Part shown: positions 12,738 to 23,040 of the stretch, one piece after another
How positions within the stretch are numbered: position 1 is the stretch's first letter
How the letters are laid out: every line of letters begins with the position of its first letter
From: Blastocladiella emersonii ATCC 22665
Lineage: Eukaryota; Fungi; Blastocladiomycota
Assembly (NCBI GenBank): GCA_025594325.1
Contig: JANHCV010000018.1
Coordinates: forward strand, 62,001 to 126,000
Direction of reading: 5' to 3'
Length of the DNA: 64,000 nt
The notes under the pieces: model-generated
The model's database searches: none
Told to the model about the DNA's origin: nothing
The model's input: only the letters and a program-made list of their open reading frames with translations
Program-made: the position numbers and the translations under genes

Positions 12738-14780
12738 GCCAACCTCAACAACGTCCACGACCCACTGGTACGGACGGCATCGGTGCATTGCCCACTCGCT
12801 CCCATGGCCTCGACCCCCGTACATCCGTACTTTTGGTGGGTCGGGCGAGAGCGGCGGATCCGTGGACGCCGCCAACGCTCTCGGAGTGGCCCCGAACGTC
12901 GCACGTTCACATGCACCGATGCCGATCCAGTGGGAAGATTGTCGTCGGTCTCGCGCGCCATCCAGCCCCGAGCGCGCCGACTACCTCGACGATCCTCGCC
13001 GCCACGCTCAACTTTGGCGGCGGCACCTACACGCTCACGCTCATGGCCAGGTCGACCGACAGCCCGACACCGCGAGAGATCGTCTCGCAGCTCATGTCCC
13101 GGCCTCGACTTCCTCGCGCCACGCGTACTCGGGTTCGCGCACCACTAGGGCTACCAGTACCGGCAGTACCACCGGTACCAGCTCCTTCAAGAGTCGCGAC
13201 CCGCCACACCACACCGAGATCCAGGCCTCTCGGTACGGATCTCGCGCTGCTGCTGCTGCTTGCCTCGATGGACACGGCCAGCTGACTCGTCGCGTCGCGT
13301 CACCCTTGTAGAGTGCATTCCGCACCTCGACGCCCGTGACTTGTTCTTTTGATTTTCGACCCATCCGCGGCCGCACCCGGTTCCACCACATCACCCACCC
13401 ACGGTACACGGCAACCGGCCGGCCTGCCACGTCGCGGCGCGCTCCCGCGTCCCCATGCAGATCATCATGGCCACGCACGCGTCTTCCCGCCACGACTGAC
13501 TATTGACTCGGTCGACTTGATCAACCTGACCGAGCGAGCCCCCGCGCCGACTCGCCTCAGGCGTCGACTATCGCCCCGCGAGTTCTCAACCGCGCGCTTT
13601 TCTCAAGGCGCCGGCATCCGCTTCTCCACGTTCACGCTCATGTTCACGTCCATCTCGCTCGTCGAGACCGCGCCCAGCACCCGCGCACTACCACGACGGT
13701 CATGGCCACGTTCACGTCTTTCTATGGACGCGTCCCGCAGCCGCGACGACCTGTCGCCGCTTGGCCACGACCGGCCACCCACCCCCAGTCCGCCGCACCT
13801 GCTCGCCACCTCGTTCCTCGGCCAGTACCAGTACTTGTACTCGTACCAAGAGCAGATCGGCGGCTCTCGTCCATTTACCCAGATCATCGCGCCGGACGAC
13901 GCGCTCACGCCCCCGCACGCTTCCTCTCGTGTCGACCACCCAGCGTCGCACGCTCGAGATTGCGTCCCGCTGCCCGCTGGCGCAGCCGCACTCGCGCCCC
14001 TTCCCGAGTCGGCCGGCCCGCCGGGCGCCGCCACCGGTCCTTTTTCTCGCACGTCCTTGTCAGCCAGGCTCGCTGGCAAGACGGGCGACATCACCGGTCG
14101 CGCGATACGACCACTACCACCACCCGGTCACGATCCCGATCCCGCGCGCGAGTCGACGACGACAGCAGCAGCACTGCCACGACCCGCGGTTCGCACGCTC
14201 ATCGCCTCCTCGCACCCCGATCATATCGCGGGATCCATACACGCCGCGCGGCGGCCCCACGTTTGCTGCCGCTGCCGTCGCGACCGCCATGGCCGCCATC
14301 GAGTACCACCGAGCTCGCGCCAGATCACGCAGCTCGACTCGATCGCCCCACCACCACCAACTACCAGCACCTCCGGCACGCGCGGGTTCGACGGCTTCCG
14401 CGCGAGACCACGCCCTGACGGGCAAGGGACGGTGAGGAAGAAGGGTCCGGGTTGCCGTGTCGCCTGCACCCCGCAGGCCGACGGGCGCCCGCTCTCACGC
14501 TTCCTCGCTGTCCCGGTCTCGCAACGTCGCTGTCACCGACCACAGCGACCCGCGCACCGGCGTGCCCGACCGGCTCTACCGCGTGGACCGAGGCGCGGCG
14601 ACGCACCCGACCCTTTTCTGCGTCGCCGCCACTCCCTCCTCGGTCCCGACCCTCAAGCAGCTCGCGCGAGAGGAAGACCTCGAGAGCTCCCAGTCCGAGT
14701 TCTCGAGGACTTTTCCTCGCCCCAGCTGTACGCGGTCCAGCCTGTCACGGTTAGCTACGACGTCCCGACATCCGCCGTCG
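12738..14780 (+). repeat. Degenerate intron-containing dispersed repeat, copy 1
   Basis: Colinear blocks of clear nucleotide similarity to about 29245-31665, e.g. ccacgacccactggtacggacggcatcggtgcattg, gcgcttttctcaaggcgccggcatc, cagctgtacgcggt...ttagctacgacg. Confidence 0.85.
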
Positions 14781-16951
14781 CGCGCTGAGAGGCCGCAGCG
14801 AGCACGACCCCAACACGCTCGTGCCGCGGCCTGCTCCTCAAGTCAAGTCAAGCGCGCCGCGACGGCGGTTCCCTCGGCACGTCGCCTCGGGTAGCGGGTA
14901 CCGCACTTGCTCGCGCGCGTGTGTGTGGGTGGTTCACTCGAGCCGCTCGCCGCCGCCGCGAGCATCTCGCGCGTGCTACTGCCCGAGGACCCCCGCCATC
15001 CAGGTCCAGTCGCAGGCTGCCACCGCCGGCAGCCTTGACGGCTCACCTAGGAGGGCACCACCACCACCACCACCATCGGCTCATCGACACTTTGACCACG
15101 GTGAGCGGCCAGCAGAGCGTGTTGCGGGCCAATAGCGCCCGGCATGCACAGCGGCCGCGAGTATTCCGGTTCGACCACGGCGGCCCTTGCAGCGCGTTCC
15201 CTCGCGGGGGCGCCGCGGCCGCCGTCCACACGGGTCCCCTTCCGCCGACAGCCGCGCCAAGGAGCGTGGCCCCACCGCCGCGCCGCTCGCCAAGAGTGCG
15301 AGTGTGTGTCGCGGCGGTGCGACCGAGCGGATCGCGACCGGGGTCGGACCGGTGCCTCAGCGCCGCACACCACGATGGCCTCTTAGAGGTCGCATTCGGG
15401 CGTGCGGGCGAGGCAAGAAGAAAGTCCCGCGTTTGATGCGCGAGCGTGCGTGGCCCGGTGTCGCGCCTGGCCCGTGAGTGGTCGGTGCTGCGAACCGGTT
15501 GACCCGCGCTCTGCTGCACGCGCGGGGCACAAGTCCAGTGGGCTCGGCCGCGCGCGATGCGTACGTCCTCGTCACTTTGGCGCGTATCGACGATTGATCT
15601 CCGAGACTAACTCGCGCGCGTGTGTCTGTTCCGTGTAGGCCCGGCCCAGCCCCTGGCCCCTCGCGCGCAAGGCGCGAGGTGGTTAGCCGCAGAGACCGCG
15701 CGCCGTGTTGAGGTGCGCGTAGCGGCAGAGCCCGCCCCGCGCAGTAGGCGTACGTCTCCTCCTGCTCCTCGGCCTCCCTCGCGTGATCCCGTTGACTGAC
15801 TCGTTCGCGCACGCATCGTGTAGGCCGGAGGCCGGTTCTCGGCGACTCTCGCTCAGGCGAGGTTGGCCAGCCGCGCGATGTCCGTGCGTGTCCCAAGGGG
15901 TACGCGTGGTCGCGACGGCGTCGACTCCGACCCGCACACGCTGTGTATGTTCTCCCTCTGTGCCTTGGCTCACGCATCGTTGGTCCGTTGACTGACCTGA
16001 TCCGCGCGTGTGTAGGCCGGTCGGTCCATCAACACTCAAGCATTGACAACCCCAAGCACCGACAACTTCAACTTCGACACCTTCGAGCTCAACACCCTCG
16101 ACACTCAACCTGCCCGGTCAGCGCGCCTGCCTCGTCAACATCACCCTCACTCCCCACCCACCCCACCCCACCCCATCCGCACCCGCACCACCACTGGCAC
16201 CGGCACCGGCACCACTTCGAGCTCGACTGCAACTGCATCCTCGCTTCCGCAAATTCAACCACTGCACCACCACCACAACAGCTCGAGTGCAAGAACGACA
16301 TCATCATCATCATCAACACCGTGCCGGTGCTGGGCGCGCTGACCGAGGACCGTGCCGCTAGGTTCCGCGACCTTACTCATCCCCTCCCTCCTTCCCTCTC
16401 CAAAGTTACCCTCTCCAAAGTTACCCTTCCCATTCATTCGCACTCAACTCCTTTTCACTCGTTCCCCCTCGACCCTCCTTTGCTCGTGCTCGTTCTCCTT
16501 CGATTCCCATCTCTCCCCTCTCCGCTCGCCCGTGTATTGGTTTTCGTGTTTTTGACTTGTTCCATGGAATGGTACTGGAGCCATTGTGGCGCTCCCTTTT
16601 GGACTTCACGACTTCATTGCCCGCAGCAGCGAGACTTGTCGAGTACTGAGGGCAGGAGTAGCGAAGACGCGTCGCGCCACACGCGCGTCCCTGAAACACT
16701 CACCGGTCTCTTCTCCTCACCGACACCAAGCGTCCCCGTCAAGATCAAGTGGTAACCTAGTCTTCACCGGAAGCGGAGTACCTTCTGGGTCTTGGGCGAT
16801 CACCAGACTGTCGCTTCTCTGCGCTACTCTCAGCCGGCCCGTGGAGCTCATTCCTGCCTCTCGTAACACGCTTGCACTGAAAGGGAAACGAACAGAGTCG
16901 TCGTGAGAAGCGTGTATATACCATCCGGCGCAGCCCAGCATGATCAGAACC

Positions 16952-17650
16952 TCAGGCAAAGCTGAACAAGGTCATCTCGTGCGGCAGGTGCGAGCCGTTG
17001 ACCGTGGTCACGGTCACGGACTGGCCGTCGGCGCTCGTCGTGGTCTGGCTCGATATCGACCGCCAGTTGCCGTGCACGGTGCTGCTCCTGCCGCCGCTAA
17101 ACGTGGCCGAGTGGTCGATCAACGTCTCCTGAGCGGGACCGGCGGAAGCGTCGTCGCCGAACCCGGAACCGAGCGCGAACACGTCGCCGTGGTTGCCCAA
17201 GAAGGAGGAGGAGGAAGAGGTGCGTCCGTGCCGCCCGTGGCGGTGGGCCAGCAGGCGTCGTGCGCGTTGTCGTGCCAGGCACGCTGGACCCGCTGGCCGA
17301 TTCGTGGGTCGGTACTACTGCTGGGAGCGAGGACGGCGTGTCGTGGAGCGAGTAACAAGTCGAGGGTTACCCTGCGTTTCCGCTGAAGGCGGCTCCGCGG
17401 GCGTCAAACTGGCCGTTTTGGGAGTGATCGACGGGGACGCCGTTGACTATGGTCGTGGTGTGGGTCTCGCCGTTGGGCAACATCGTGGTCGAGGTTGGCA
17501 TGGACGAGGAAGAGGACGTGGCGGGGACCGAGAAGGCGGCAGCGGGAACATGTGTGACTGCTGCTGCTGCACCTGCTGCTGTGACTGGGCCAGCTAAGAC
17601 CGAGCTGCGAGAAGAGCTGCGCGACGTCGGCCGGCGCCCGCTCGGCCATC
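16952..17650 (-). pseudogene. 3' fragment of an S/T-rich gene (two exons), 5' end replaced by the ketopantoate reductase fragment
   Basis: Coding-like segments SSMPTSTTMLPNGETHTTTIVNGVPVDHSQNGQF and GNWRSISSQTTTSADGQSVTVTTVNGSHLPHE are separated by a GTAACC..CAG intron. No start of its own was found. Confidence 0.45.
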
Positions 17651-17754
17651 TGCGTGTGGGACTAAAGTTGGCGACGGACATGATGTGGTTTAAGAGCGGT
17701 CGTTCGAGATACAGGCGCGCGTGCATGAAGCTGCGGGTCTGCCGGACACTTACA

Positions 17755-18188
17755 GTTGATGCTCGCATTATCGATGAGCTTGGTGAGCTGCAGGCTCTGC
17801 ATCGACGCCGCGCCCTCGGCTTGGATACGTCGTGGCATCGGGAAGGTCGCCGAGCACATCGAGAAGGGCGGCGGCACGCGGGGTCAGCGGTTTTGACGAA
17901 GCGGGTCCAAAGTACCATGCGCCGCTGCCCGCGTGAACAATTTGTCGCCACGCACTCACGGCCGACGGCGTGTCGTAGAAGCAGCCGTGCGTCGTGGAGC
18001 CGAGCAGGATCAAGAATTCGGCAGAGCCGCTGCTTGGTGCCGTCTCATTGACGAGCGAGAAATACTAGCGGATCAGGGCCAGCGCCGTTTGGTGCGGCAA
18101 GTGGGCTTCACTGAGCGGTTTGAGGGCTGAAGTGAGCTGGTGCGCCTTGGTGGCGACGATGACGGCGTCGAGCATATCTCCTGGGGGT
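17755..18188 (-). pseudogene. Internal fragment of ketopantoate reductase, recent copy of 6317-7390
   Basis: Near-identical nucleotide blocks with about 6740-7170 (e.g. gagctggtgcgccttggtggcgacgatgacggcgtcgagc). Translates [29 protein letters not shown] and AAALLDVLGDLPDAT, with stops and frameshifts. Confidence 0.9.
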
Positions 18189-18191
18189 AGT

Positions 18192-18587
18192 GCGCGTGGT
18201 GACGGCGAGGTGGGCGACGTGCGAGATGGAGGCGACGTGCGAGATGGAAGCGAGGGCCTCGCCGCGGAAGCCGTAGGTCGCAATGGCGGCGAAGTCCTCG
18301 AAGGCGCGCAGCTTGGAGGTGGTGAAGCGCTCGCACAGGATGGGCAGGTTGTCGCGGTGGATGCCATAGCCGTCGTCGACGACCTCGAGCAGCTTGAGCC
18401 CACCGTCGCGGCGCGTCACGGCGATGCGCGAGACCCCCGCGTCGATGGCATTCTCTAGCAGCTCCTTGAGCGCGTGCGCGGGGCGGTGCATCACCTCGCC
18501 CGCCGCGATGCGGTTGACGACGGTCGCGTCGAGTGGCTGGATGCGCCGCGGCGGTTTCGTGGCGGTGGCGGCAGATGAATGTTTCAT
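18192..18587 (-). pseudogene. MLH1: MutL homolog MLH1, N-terminal GHKL ATPase fragment only (about 130 aa)
   Basis: [37 protein letters not shown]...[15 protein letters not shown]...[10 protein letters not shown]...[16 protein letters not shown]. The sequence breaks off after VTTRT and carries an 18-bp tandem duplication (18213-18248). Confidence 0.93.
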
Positions 18588-18773
18588 TCGATTACATGTC
18601 TGAGCGAGAAGCGGGGAGAGCGAGGACCTCTCTGTGTGCGAACACTTGCGGTTTGAGCCGCGCACGTGCGCCAATGAATCGACGCGTCGGTCGCGCCGCG
18701 CGCGCCACAGCGACCCGCAACGACTCGCCCCCATCACCACCAACGCACGTAACCACGACGACAACTGACTGCA

Positions 18774-19390
18774 ATGGACACGATGCCGTCGCTGCGGCGC
18801 AGGGCCGCGGACACGGGCGAAGCCGCCGCCCGCGAAGCCCCCGCCCGCGAAGCACTCGCCGCCTGCATCCTCGGGAGGAGGCGGTGCGGCGTTCCAGATC
18901 AACCTCAGCGCCATTTCCGTACGTACGAGACTGGACCGCTGGGTTGTTAATCGAATACATGGGCTGACGCAGCCGCGACCAACCGCAGGACCCCATCTTC
19001 AAGGTCAAGACGCTCGTCGACGCCATCACGTTTCGGCCGCTGTAGGCCGCTGTCGCAGACGCGCGTGAGGGGCGGCGTGGGTGCCGCGGGCGACTTTGAC
19101 GTTCGCCCGTTCGCGGCCGTGTTCTTCGACGCGACCATGGACGACCTGGGGTGTCTACGCAAGCAGGTGCAGCGCGGGATCGACGACGTCGAGGACTTGA
19201 TGGCGGCGAACGAGTTCGGGCACGAGCAGCGGGTGGGCGAGCTCGGGACCTCGTTCCGCAGCATGTACGGCGACTGTGACACGCCCGGGGGACGTGTGTC
19301 CGAAGTCGGCTGCACGGCCATGTGTAATCGGTGAGCAGCTCGAGACCATCGTGAAGCTACTCACTAAAGCGGTCGTCATTACTCCATGAG
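18774..19390 (+). pseudogene. SEC10: Exocyst component SEC10/EXOC5 N-terminal fragment, disabled
   Basis: After an intron (18919-18988) it reads [14 protein letters not shown]; then a stop (19043) and frameshift; then FDVRPFAAVFFDATMDDLGCLRKQVQRGIDDVEDLMAANEFGHEQRVGELGTSF...VSEVGCTA; then a frameshift to VIGEQLETI. This follows the Sec10 N-terminal pattern (FDPKP..RTFE, ..RIGEQLETI). Confidence 0.75.
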
Positions 19391-22205
19391 GACGCCCGCG
19401 ACAGCATCCTGACGCACGACCAGCTCGCGCACGCGCTGTCGACGTCGTCGCAGCCCGTGTACGAGGCCCTGCCCGCGACCGCCTTCAACGTCAACTTCAC
19501 CGCCATCCTCTCCAACGTCAAGCTCCCGAACATCAGCAACATCAACTTACCGCCGCTCTCGACCGACGCGCTCGCCGAGGCCTTCGACGTCAACAAGACC
19601 AAGAACCTCGGCGGGCTCGAGGTGTGGTCGGGCCTCGGCCAGTCGTGGCGCGCCGGCGTCCGCGGGCAGCAGCCGCTGTCCCAGGCCGCGGTCAAGGACG
19701 GCTCGATCGACCCGGCCAACCCCGAGCTGCAGAAGATCATCCTGGTACGCCGCCGCTACTCTCACGAGGAATGTGACGATCGCGATTCTGACTTTGTTCG
19801 ACTGACAACTTGTGTAGCCGGTCCTCATCTTCGCGGGGATCTGCATCGTGGCTGGCATCCTGACTCTGCTCTCCTCGCCCATCACGGCGTGCTGCGCCGT
19901 GTACCGCAAGCCGTCGGGCCTCGCGCAGCGCCGCCTCGCCGACGGGTCCAACAAGAAGGGCTTCCTCCGCCTCAAGATCGCCTTTATCGTGCTCGCGTTC
20001 CTCCAGCTGTACGCGCTCTGCCTGCCCGGTCTCGACGCCTCGATCCATCCCCTCGCTAACTTGCTCCATCACACGGCTAGGATCTTCGTCATCTGCATGA
20101 CGCAGGGCAACGCGGCGCTCTCGCGCGGAATCTCCACGTCGGTCGGCGCCGTCCAGAACACGGCCGAGGCCGCCTACGCCATCACCTACAACCTGCAGCC
20201 CGTCGCCAACGGCACCATCTCGGGGACCTCGGCGGTCATCAACTCGACCATCGACGATATCACGGCGCCCACCACGGTGCCCGCGTTCGAGGCCAGCATC
20301 AAGACGGCCGGCGACGCGCTGTCGTCGATCCTGCGCACGGCGGCGGGCCAGGTGACGGGCGCCAAGTCGGACCTCGATGCGCTCGACGCGTCGCTCTCGA
20401 CCACCACCAGCAACGTCAGCACGGTCAAGTCGGACCTCAACAACGCCCTCTCGGGCGCCAACAACCTCAACGCGCAGCTCACGGTGCCCAACACCAACGA
20501 GGGGTACCGCCTGACCAACCAGATCTCGGGCATCCCGACGGCCTCGAGCTTCAACATCCCGGACCTCAGCTCGCCGCCCAGCACGTCGCAGGCGCGCAAC
20601 CAGGTCAACGGGCTGCCGGACCTCGCCGCGCAGGCCAACACCGTCGACGCGCAGGTCGCCTCGGCGGGGGCCACGGTCCGCACCAAGCTCGCCGAGGCCA
20701 ACACGGCCGTCAAGGGCAACGTGCAGCCGCTCATCAACCAGGCGACGACGCTCATCAACGGGCTCGCCGACGTGAAAAAGTCGGGCTCGGTCGCCTTCGC
20801 GCTCAACTCGGCGCTCGACACGGTGCAGGCGCAGGTCGCGGCGCAGTCGCAGCCCGTCAAGGGCTACCTGACCATCGCCTACTATGTCGTGCTCGCCATT
20901 GCCATCGTCCTGATCCTCGGCTTCCTCGCCGTCGGCCTGTCGCTGCCCACCACGAGCCCCAAGCCGCCGCGCCACTGCGCGTGCCTGACGCTCCTGCTCG
21001 CCGGCCTCCTGTTCCTGCTCGCCGGCGTCTTCTTCATCGGCTCGGTCGGCGTCGGCGAGGCGTGCACGCAGCTCGACCCCGTCAACCCGGCACCCTCGGC
21101 CGGCGCCTTCTTTCCGCCGTCGACCAACGTCACGGCCATTGCCAAGATGGGGCTCGGCACGCTCAACACGTGTGCCACCGCGTCCAACGTGTCGGTGCTC
21201 ATGGCGCTCGAGCTCAACGGCGCACCTGCGGTCCTCGGCCTCGGCGCCGGCGTGTCGCTCAACCTGACCAAGCTGACCGACTCGCAGCTGGCGTCGCTCG
21301 ACCTGGCCAAGCAGGTCAACGACCAGCTCAACTCGCTCAACGTGGCGTCGCTCGTGTCGTGGAACGGCGGCAGCGTGTCGGATCAGCTCGCGCCGCTGAC
21401 GGAGACCACGGGCCCGCTCGCGTCCTTCAACTTTGGGTTCTTCTCGACGCTGCCCACGGCCATCTCGACGTCGAGCCTCGTCTCCCTGCGCGACAACCTG
21501 TCCTCCCTCAAAGGCTCGGTCGACACCAACTCGTTCACGTACGACACCACGGTGGTCACGGCGCAGCAAAAGACCAACTGCGTCAACGACTTCAAGTCGC
21601 GCCTCGACACGCAGATCGCGGCGCTCAACAACATCATCAACACGTCGGCGCCCAACGCGGCCGCGGCGCTCGCCGACACCAAGACCAAGGGCGGCAACCT
21701 CGAGACGCGCGTCAACCAGCTCAAGACGTCGGCCAACACGATCGTGACGCGGTTCAACGCGCTCGTCGGCGTCGCGACCGACTACCTGGCGGCGACGCGC
21801 ACGGACCTGACGACGGTGCGGATCCCGAAGGCGACCAAGTCGCTGATCGAGACGGCGGGCACCGTGGACGCGACCATCGCGGCGCGGCTCAGCTGCCAGC
21901 CGCTCGCGCGGTCGCTGCTGGCCACGACCAACGGCGTGTGCGTCGTGACGCAGAGCGGGCTCGACGCGCTGTGGCTCGCGTGCTTCTGGGCCGCCGTCGT
22001 CGCCGAGACCACGGTCGGCATCTTCGTCAAGCTGCACGCGTACCTCCGCGCCGCCCGCGACGCCCCCGCAGCGCCCGGCACCGTGCCCGCGGGCAAGGCG
22101 CCCATCTCGGGCAAGGACGCGCTCAAGGTCAACCCGGCCTCGGACGCCTTCTCCAAGGCCAACATCATCCAGTCCAACCCCATGTCGCCCGGCGCCAAGG
22201 TCTAG
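19390..22205 (+). CDS. Prominin-like pentaspan membrane glycoprotein; 5' end not found
   Basis: Introns at 19745-19817 and 20009-20080 (the second is in frame). Topology: TM1, Cys-containing linker (ACCAVY), TM2, large loop, TM3-TM4, large loop, TM5, short tail. Many N-x-S/T sites in the loops. Confidence 0.7.
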
Positions 22206-22534
22206 GCAGGTCGCGATACCAGTAACTTTGTCATACATTCATTTGCTGTTGTTCCGTTGCTCCAATCGTGCTCTTTCTCCACGCTGTGCAGCGAAGACTT
22301 GGACCCGCGCGAGAGGTCGGCCACTCCAGCGTATTTGCCGGGTGAGATGCGCGTTGCGGCCGTGGTGCGAGAGACAGAAGCTCAGCTGTAGCTGGGATCG
22401 GCGATTCAGCGGAAAGCTCGTGCCAGCGAGATTGCGCTTACCCGGCGAACAGGTGCCCAAGGGAATTAGGGCGATAATCTGCCCCGCGCGCGCGGGAGAA
22501 ATACGGTGGCCGTCGCAGCGGGCTTGGGGACCAC

Positions 22535-23040
22535 TCACTCTCCGCCACGCCAACACCGTGACGATCGTGCTGCTGGACAAGCCGGCGGCCGAAATCATTC
22601 CGCTCATGCTCGCGTTGACGGTCAGCTTGGGCAAGAGAAACATCTGCATGAGCGCCGCAACCTTGGTCCGACTGGCGCGCAATGTCGAGGTATCGGGAAG
22701 GTTGCTGATCACGTCAAGGAGTGCATGTGGGGATTTCGGGTTTGCTGTCGCGTGCCAGATGCGCCAGCCCGCTGCCGGCGAGTAATCGAGGCCGCGCGGT
22801 AACGCCGAGAGTAGGATAGCGGGAAACCTCATGCTTCGTCAATCCAGGCAGAACCGTGCCGAAAAGCCGGCGTCGAGCGACTCCGCGGCGGAAACGGTCC
22901 AGAGAGCAGGCACAGTCGAAGTATCGGGCGCTGCAGGGAGCTGTACGATGTGCGTGGGCAAGTCTCACGAGCATGGACGCAACGAGATCGAGGGCCATGA
23001 CGGCGGTACCGTGGGTAACGAGCATCGCACCCAACATGAA
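22535..23040 (-). pseudogene. Older, more diverged ketopantoate reductase relic
   Basis: MLGAMLVTHGTAVMALD aligns with LLGSQLLARGTAVTFLE. ALLDVISNLPDTST...AALMQMFLLPKLTVNASMSGMISAAGLSSSTIVTVLAWRRV aligns with ALLDVLGDLPDATA...AASMQSLLLTKLAVNASINAATAAADVRNGAVVTIPAWRKV. Confidence 0.75.

Noticed and set aside
18192-18587. Functional MLH1 gene
   Set aside because: Only about 130 aa of the ATPase domain are present, followed directly by ketopantoate reductase sequence with stops. No downstream MLH1 exons are in the window.
19737-22238. Long antisense and alternate-frame ORFs (e.g. 833 aa at 19737-22238 minus; 585 aa at 24796-26553 minus; 425 aa at 1864-3141 plus)
   Set aside because: Shadow ORFs expected opposite genes with strong GC3 bias; translations are R/G/A-rich with no motifs.
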